Below, piece by piece: positions 58,156 through 64,000 of a stretch of 64,000 nt of DNA. This DNA comes from an uncultured Verrucomicrobiae bacterium (GTDB taxonomy: Bacteria > Verrucomicrobiota > Verrucomicrobiia > Chthoniobacterales > UBA10450): NCBI GenBank assembly GCA_963772365.1, contig CAVYXA010000001.1, forward strand, positions 1,440,001 to 1,504,000. The letters run 5' to 3'. Position 1 is the stretch's first letter. Each line of letters begins with the position of its first letter. The translations under genes and the position numbers were made by a program. Below the pieces are notes generated by a model. It did no database searches and was not told the origin of the DNA. It saw nothing but the letters and a program-made list of their open reading frames with translations.

Positions 58156-60613
58156 ATGTTAAACGACATTCGTTTCGCCCTTCGCCAGCTCCGCAAATCA
58201 CCGGGGTTCACCTTGATTGCCGTGCTGACTCTTGCGCTCGGGATCGGCGCCAACACTGCGATCTTTAGCGTCGTGAACGCCGTATTGCTGCGACCGCTAC
58301 CCTATCCCGACGCAAACAAACTCATCGCGATTCGCGAGCGCTCTCATACGTTTGAGCGCGGTTCAGTCGGTTACAAGAACTGGCTCGACTGGCATGCTGG
58401 CCAGCGCAGCTTCACCGACCTTGTGCTGGTCCGGCGCGAGAACTTTAATTTTTCCGTTGGATCAGAAGCCGCAGCGCCGCAGCGCATTCGTGGAGTTCGG
58501 GCAAGCTCGGGGCTTCTTTCGACGCTTGGTCTCAAGCCCAAGATCGGCCGCGATCTTAGCCCGGCCGAAGATGTCGATGGCGCGCCGAATGTGGTCCTGA
58601 TCAGTGAAAGTCTCTGGCGCAGCAATTTTGGCGGATCAACCGACGTGCTCGGAAAACGCGTTTTGATTGACGGACTTGAGCGCGAGATCATCGGCGTTTT
58701 CCCTCGCTCACTGCAGTTCGGCCGCAATCCTGACGTGCTCGTTCCTCTCAGCGAGATCGTGAAAGACCCTCTCATGCAGGACCGTGACAATCATCAAGGT
58801 TTCTGGGGAATCGGACGCTTGAAACCTGGCGTGACAATAAGTCAGGCAAATAGCGACCTGGATGCGATTGCCGCGGATTTAGAAAAAAAATATCCGGCGA
58901 CGAATACGGGGCGTCGCGTCCACATGTTTCCACTGTTCGAAGCGACGATTGGAGATTACCGGGCCAGCTTAAATATGTTACTGGCGGCAGTTGCGTGCGT
59001 GTTGCTCATTGCCTGTGCGAATGTGGCAAATCTGCAGTTCGCACGTGCTCTTGCTCGCGCCCGGGAGATCGCCGTGCGTGTCGCGCTCGGAGCAAGCCGC
59101 TGGGCAATTGCGCGACAACTTCTCATTGAAAGCACACTCGTGGCTGTGATCGGCGCTTGCGCCGGAACTTTGCTGGCCACTTGGAGTTTGGACACGATCC
59201 TCGCTCTGACTCCCCCCACGGTACCACGATTTCACGAAACCAGGATCGACCTCAGTGTTCTCGTGTTCACGATGTTTTCGGCAGCGCTTGCCGGAATTCT
59301 CGTGGGCCTCTGGCCGGCTTGGCGAATCTCGCATACCACATCGCTCGCGGGCGCTTTGCACGAAATAGGCGGCCGCGGCTCGAGTGATGGTGCGGGCCGC
59401 CAACGCATGCGGTCCGGCCTCGTTGTCACACAGGTTGCGCTCGCGATTGTCTTACTTGCCGGAGCTGGCCTGACTCTGAAGAGTTTTTGGAATGCACAGA
59501 ACGCACCGCTCGGCTTCAATCCGCACGGGATCGTGACTTTTCCAATCTCTCTGCCTGAGGCGAAGTCACAAAAAAGACGAACAAAAAGACGCGTTCTGGA
59601 CGGCTCTGCTCGAACGCGTGAAGCATATTCCCGGGGTCGAAGCGGCGGCGATCAGCGCCAACAGCCCATTCGATGACGATGAATGGGACAGTTATTTTCA
59701 CGTCACAGGGACACCACCGGCACCCTTGGGAGAATCGCCTTCGGCTGAGGTGGCGCTGGTTTCGCCGGATTACTTCAAAGTGATGGGGATGCCGATTTTG
59801 CGCGGGCGCAATTTCGGTCCCGAAGATCCGCCGGGAGAAAAAGGACATCCCCGCTCCATCATAATCGACGAGACATTTGCGAAAAAATACTTCGCCGGGA
59901 AGGACCCGATCGGTCAACACATCGACGACAACCAAACTAACGACAAGGCAGCGCCACCAATGGTGATTATTGGGGTGGTGCCGCGAACGCGCAACGAAGC
60001 TCCGGGCGAGAACAACACCGAAAAACTTCAGATGGTCGAGGAATACTTGCTGGCGTCGCAGGCTCCGCAGGGGGCGAATAATCTTCACGTGCGTACGGGC
60101 CTGCACGACATCGGTCCGCTTATTGCCGCTGTCCGTGCCGAAGTTAAGGGACTGGACCCCGATCAACCAATTGGGCAAATCACGACGATGGACGACGCGG
60201 TCGCGGCGAGTCTCGCCACCAGGCGATTAACGATGGTATTGCTAGCCACGTTTGCGGTTCTGGCGCTGGGCCTGGCAAGCATTGGTTTGTACGGCGTAAT
60301 GGCCCTCACCGTTACCCAACGCACTCGCGAGCTCGGAATCCGAATGGCGCTCGGCGCGGAACGGTCCAACATTTTTCGACTTGTTCTCCGACATGGCATG
60401 TCGCTGATGGCCGCTGGCATTGCCATTGGTCTCATTGGTGCAATCGCCGCTGGTCGCGCGCTGATGTCGCTACTTTATAATGTCGGCTCGCTCGACACTG
60501 GCGCGGTCGCTGTTGCCGTTTTGTCCCTGCTCGGTGTGGCTCTCATTGCCTGCTGCGTCCCCGCGCGCCGCGCAACTCGCGTCGATCCGATCCAAGCTTT
60601 GCGCGCCGAATGA
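58156..60613 (+). CDS. ABC permease (ADOP-like); frameshift near 59568
   Basis: Two ORFs join on removing one base: LPEAKYKKDEQKDAFWTALLERVKHIPG. Confidence 0.88.
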
Positions 60614-60647
60614 TTCCGAAAATCCAAAACCGCCAACTACCACCATC

Positions 60648-63063
60648 ATGAACGACATTCGCTTCGCCTTTCGCAAACTTCTACAATCTCCCGGCTTCAC
60701 CTCGATCGCATTACTCACGCTGGCATTGGGGATCGGGCTCAACACGGCCATCTTCAGCCTGGTTAATGACTTGTTCCTGCGCGGCCTGCCGTTTCGAGAA
60801 CCGGCGCGCGTCCTCCACGTCTTTTCCCATTTCAAAGATCAGCGAGTTGATTTTCCATTGTCAGCACCGCGGTTCATGCATTTTCGCGACGGTCAAACCA
60901 TCTTTGATGGATTTGCCGCTGAAAACGGGCTCGCGGCCACGGTGACCGGATTGGGCGATCCATTCCAGGTTCCGATTTTCAAGGCGACTGCAAATTATTT
61001 TGATGTGCTTGGCGTGCGAGCAATCCGTGGTCGGACGTTCTTGCCTCAGGAAGAGGAAGGGGCCGATGTCGCGATTATCACCGAGCGGTTTTGGAAATCG
61101 CGACTTGGCAGCGATCCAAATGTAATCGGGCGTGGTCTCACTCTGGATGGAGTATCGCACACGATCGTCGGCGTGATACCCACTTTGCCAGTCTCGTGGA
61201 CAGGACCGAACGCCGATATCTGGACGACAAAGCCATTCGTGATCGCAGGATTTTCCTACGAACGGATGATGCGGGGCACCGCGTTTCTCCGGGCAGTTGG
61301 CCGCTTAAAGCCTGGCGTTTCCGTCAAACAAGCGCGCGCCGCGCTGCAATTACTCGAAAACAGTTACCGCGCCCAGCATCCGGAGAAGATCGACGCCAAA
61401 TCTACCACGGTGGTAAAAACTTTACCGGAAGATGTAACCGAAAATCTCCGACCGGGCTTTGCCATATTATTTGCGGCGGTGACGTTTGTTTTGCTGATCG
61501 CGTGCAGCAATGTCGCCAATCTCTTGCTTGTTCGGTTCACCGGGCGCCGTCGTGAAATTTCACTTCGAATGGCCCTGGGCGCGACGCGCGCCAGCGTGCT
61601 GCGTTTGTTTGTTTTCGAAAGCGTGCTGATCAGTTTGCTCGCTGGAATTCTCGGTGCGGTGCTCGCGTGGCAGCTCGTGCCGCTGCTGCCAAGGCTTGCC
61701 GCAAATTTTCTTCCGATCGAAGCGGGAAGTGCCACGGCGATTTCACTTCCTGTCCTCGGCTTTACAATCGCGCTCTCAGTTCTCACCGGTCTGGGAATGG
61801 GAGTCTATCCCGCGTTGCAAAGTTCGCGGGCTGACATTGTCGATGCACTAAAGGAAGGTGGCCGCGGTACCGCTGGGAGCGTGCGTCAACAGCGCTTCCG
61901 CAAGGTGTTGGTCGGCGCCCAAGTGGCGCTTTCCGTGATGCTACTCGGCGGTGCGTCGCTGCTTATCGCAAGCTTTGTGCGACTAAATCATCAGGATCCC
62001 GGCTTCAAATTCGAAAATCTCTGGACGTGTTTCACCGGTACTGCCGCAAGCGCAATATCCAGATGAAGCGACACGCAGCCGATTCGCCGACCAATTGACG
62101 AAGACATTGGGCGCAACAGCTGGCCTGCAAGAAGCGACGATTAGCACCAGTATTCCGCTCAATGGAGGCGCCGGCGCGACGCTCTACACGCGTCCCGAAG
62201 GGAACGTGCCTCCTGTGCCTGAACGCAATGGCGCGCCTTCCAATGACATCCCTCCGGGATGGCTGCGCACACTTGGCATTCCGCTGCTTGCCGGTCGTAA
62301 CTTTAACGAGCAGGACGTCGCAGATCACCCCAATGTAATTCTCATCAGCGCTTCTGGAGCGAAGACTGTGTTTGGAAACGAAAATCCGATTGGAAAAACT
62401 TTGCTCATCACCAGTGGCAGCGTCCCGGTCGAGATCGTCGGTATCGTTGGCGATGTGCGCTCTGTGCGACTCGATCAGCACAATGATATGGAATTTTACC
62501 GGCCCCTCGCGCAGGAGAACTTCCCATTTCTCTCCATCACGGTGCGCAGTTCCTTGCCCCCGGATACGGTGACAAAAACTGTGCAGGCGGCATTGCGCAC
62601 GATCGACCCAAATCTTGCGCTCATTTTGCCGCAACCGGTCAAAGAGATCATGAGGCAAGCGCTCGGCCAGGCGAAATTGATGATGGTCCTGCTGGGAGTT
62701 TTCGCCGGTGTCGCGCTTCTCCTCGCCACCGTCGGGATCTATGGCGCCGTGGCTTATACTGTTGAACAACGCACGGGCGAGATCGGTGTTCGCATGGCGC
62801 TGGGTGCGCAAACGCGCGACGTCCTCCGCCTTATTGTGAATCAGGGAATGAAGCCGGTCGTTATTGGATTGGGGATTGGAATTGTCTGTGCGTTCGCCAT
62901 CGGGCGATTAATCGGGTCGCAGCTCTATCAAGTCTCCGATCACAACCCCGCTTTGCTCGCTGGCGCGACACTTCTGCTTGCGGTCGCTGCCTTGCTCGCA
63001 TGTTTGTTACCGGCCCGGCGCGCCACGCTTGTCGATCCAGTACACGCGTTGCGCGCTGAATAA
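60648..63063 (+). CDS. ABC permease (ADOP-like); frameshift near 62037
   Basis: Two ORFs join on removing one base: CFTVLPQAQYPDEATRSRFADQL. Confidence 0.88.
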
Positions 63064-63073
63064 TTCTTCAGCA

Positions 63074-64000
63074 TCACAATACGCATCGAACTGCCACTTC
63101 GATCTCGGCGGTTTGGGGAAACATGTCGAGTGGAGTCACGGAATCGATCGCGAAAGGTTCACTCAACTCTTTCAAATCGCGCGCCAAAGTGGACGGATTG
63201 CAGGAAACATAAATCAATGTCTGCGGTGCAAGATCGACAATCGCTTTTCGGACGTTTGAGCTGAGTCCGGTTGCCGGAGGATCGACAATGAGCGTGGAGA
63301 GCGGTTGTTGCGCCTTCGGCGATTTTTTTAGCATCGTCTTCGGAGAAGCCGATCCACCTAGCTCTCTTTCAATGTCGCCAGCGATGTAAGTTTCTTTCTC
63401 AGTCGCGTTTTGTTTGGCTGCGGCAATGGCGAATCTGTCCCAATCGATTCCCACGATGCGCTCGAATTTGTTCAGTAGCGCCTTGGCAAAAAACCCGGCG
63501 CCGCAATATGCATCGATCAGTAACTCCTGATTCGGCGCAACAAGATCGACAACCAAATCACGCAATGCGTTTGCGACAGCATCATTCGCCTGCGAGAAAA
63601 CGCGCCGTCCCGTTGAAGCGCGCAATGTATAATGCCCTTCGCGAGGATTCTGCGAACGCAATTCCGCTAACGCGCGATTGACTTCGTTCATCGAAATCGG
63701 GCAGCGCTCGATGTCGATCAATCGATGCGAATCGCGCCGATAAAATCCGATCACGCCATCCTGCACATGGACCGTGATTCGGTTTCGATAACCATATTGT
63801 TCGGGCGATGGGATGATCGGACGCATCGGCGGATTGTCGATCTTGCCAATGCGCCGGAGAACATCGCGGACCTGGCGCCATTTGACGGCTAACTGATGCT
63901 CGTAATCGATATATTGATAGGCGCAGCCGCCGCATCGACCGAAGTACGGACAAAGCGCTTCAACCCGATGTGGCGAAGATTGTTTAACGGCGACGAGGTC
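63074..64000 (-). CDS. RNA (uracil-5)-methyltransferase, RlmD/TrmA family; 5' end outside the window
   Basis: CPYFGRCGGC, YRNR, FSQAN, DAYCGAG, VDPP, YVSCNPSTLARD, DMFPQT. Confidence 0.9.
   Translation of the reverse strand, partial: DLVAVKQSSPHRVEALCPYFGRCGGCAYQYIDYEHQLAVKWRQVRDVLRRIGKIDNPPMRPIIPSPEQYGYRNRITVHVQDGVIGFYRRDSHRLIDIERCPISMNEVNRALAELRSQNPREGHYTLRASTGRRVFSQANDAVANALRDLVVDLVAPNQELLIDAYCGAGFFAKALLNKFERIVGIDWDRFAIAAAKQNATEKETYIAGDIERELGGSASPKTMLKKSPKAQQPLSTLIVDPPATGLSSNVRKAIVDLAPQTLIYVSCNPSTLARDLKELSEPFAIDSVTPLDMFPQTAEIEVAVRCVL

Overview
A 64-kb bacterial chromosomal segment. Gene content and protein style suggest soil Verrucomicrobiota (Chthoniobacterales-like); this is inference. 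The left two-thirds is mostly housekeeping: exopolysaccharide export genes, two hybrid kinases, a GT2, HU/IHF, rnhC, mutY, yicC-gmk-coaC-coaB, suhB-ispF-cysS, tRNA-Ser(GGA), a ChdC/HemQ-like gene, gcvT-gcvH, xseB-dxs and serA. The right third is accessory: a potassium module (kup plus an APC-USP permease, divergent from a minimal kdpD-kdpE, no kdpFABC in the window), an ATP-grasp ligase/zinc-peptidase pair, intact and decayed toxin-antitoxin genes, and an NtrC-type two-component system upstream of a sigma-54 promoter that leads a membrane-fusion protein, two ABC ATPases and five large MacB/ADOP-type permeases. Signals not explained by the ORF track: an 18-aa Lys/Ala microprotein with its own RBS and terminator, a palindromic repeat sitting in frame inside cysS, a four-helix-bundle gene bracketed by inverted heptamer arrays, an internally deleted copy of the APC-USP permease, and several REP-like families. 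About eight genes are broken by single extra bases, most likely sequencing error. All calls come from reading the sequence; no searches were run.
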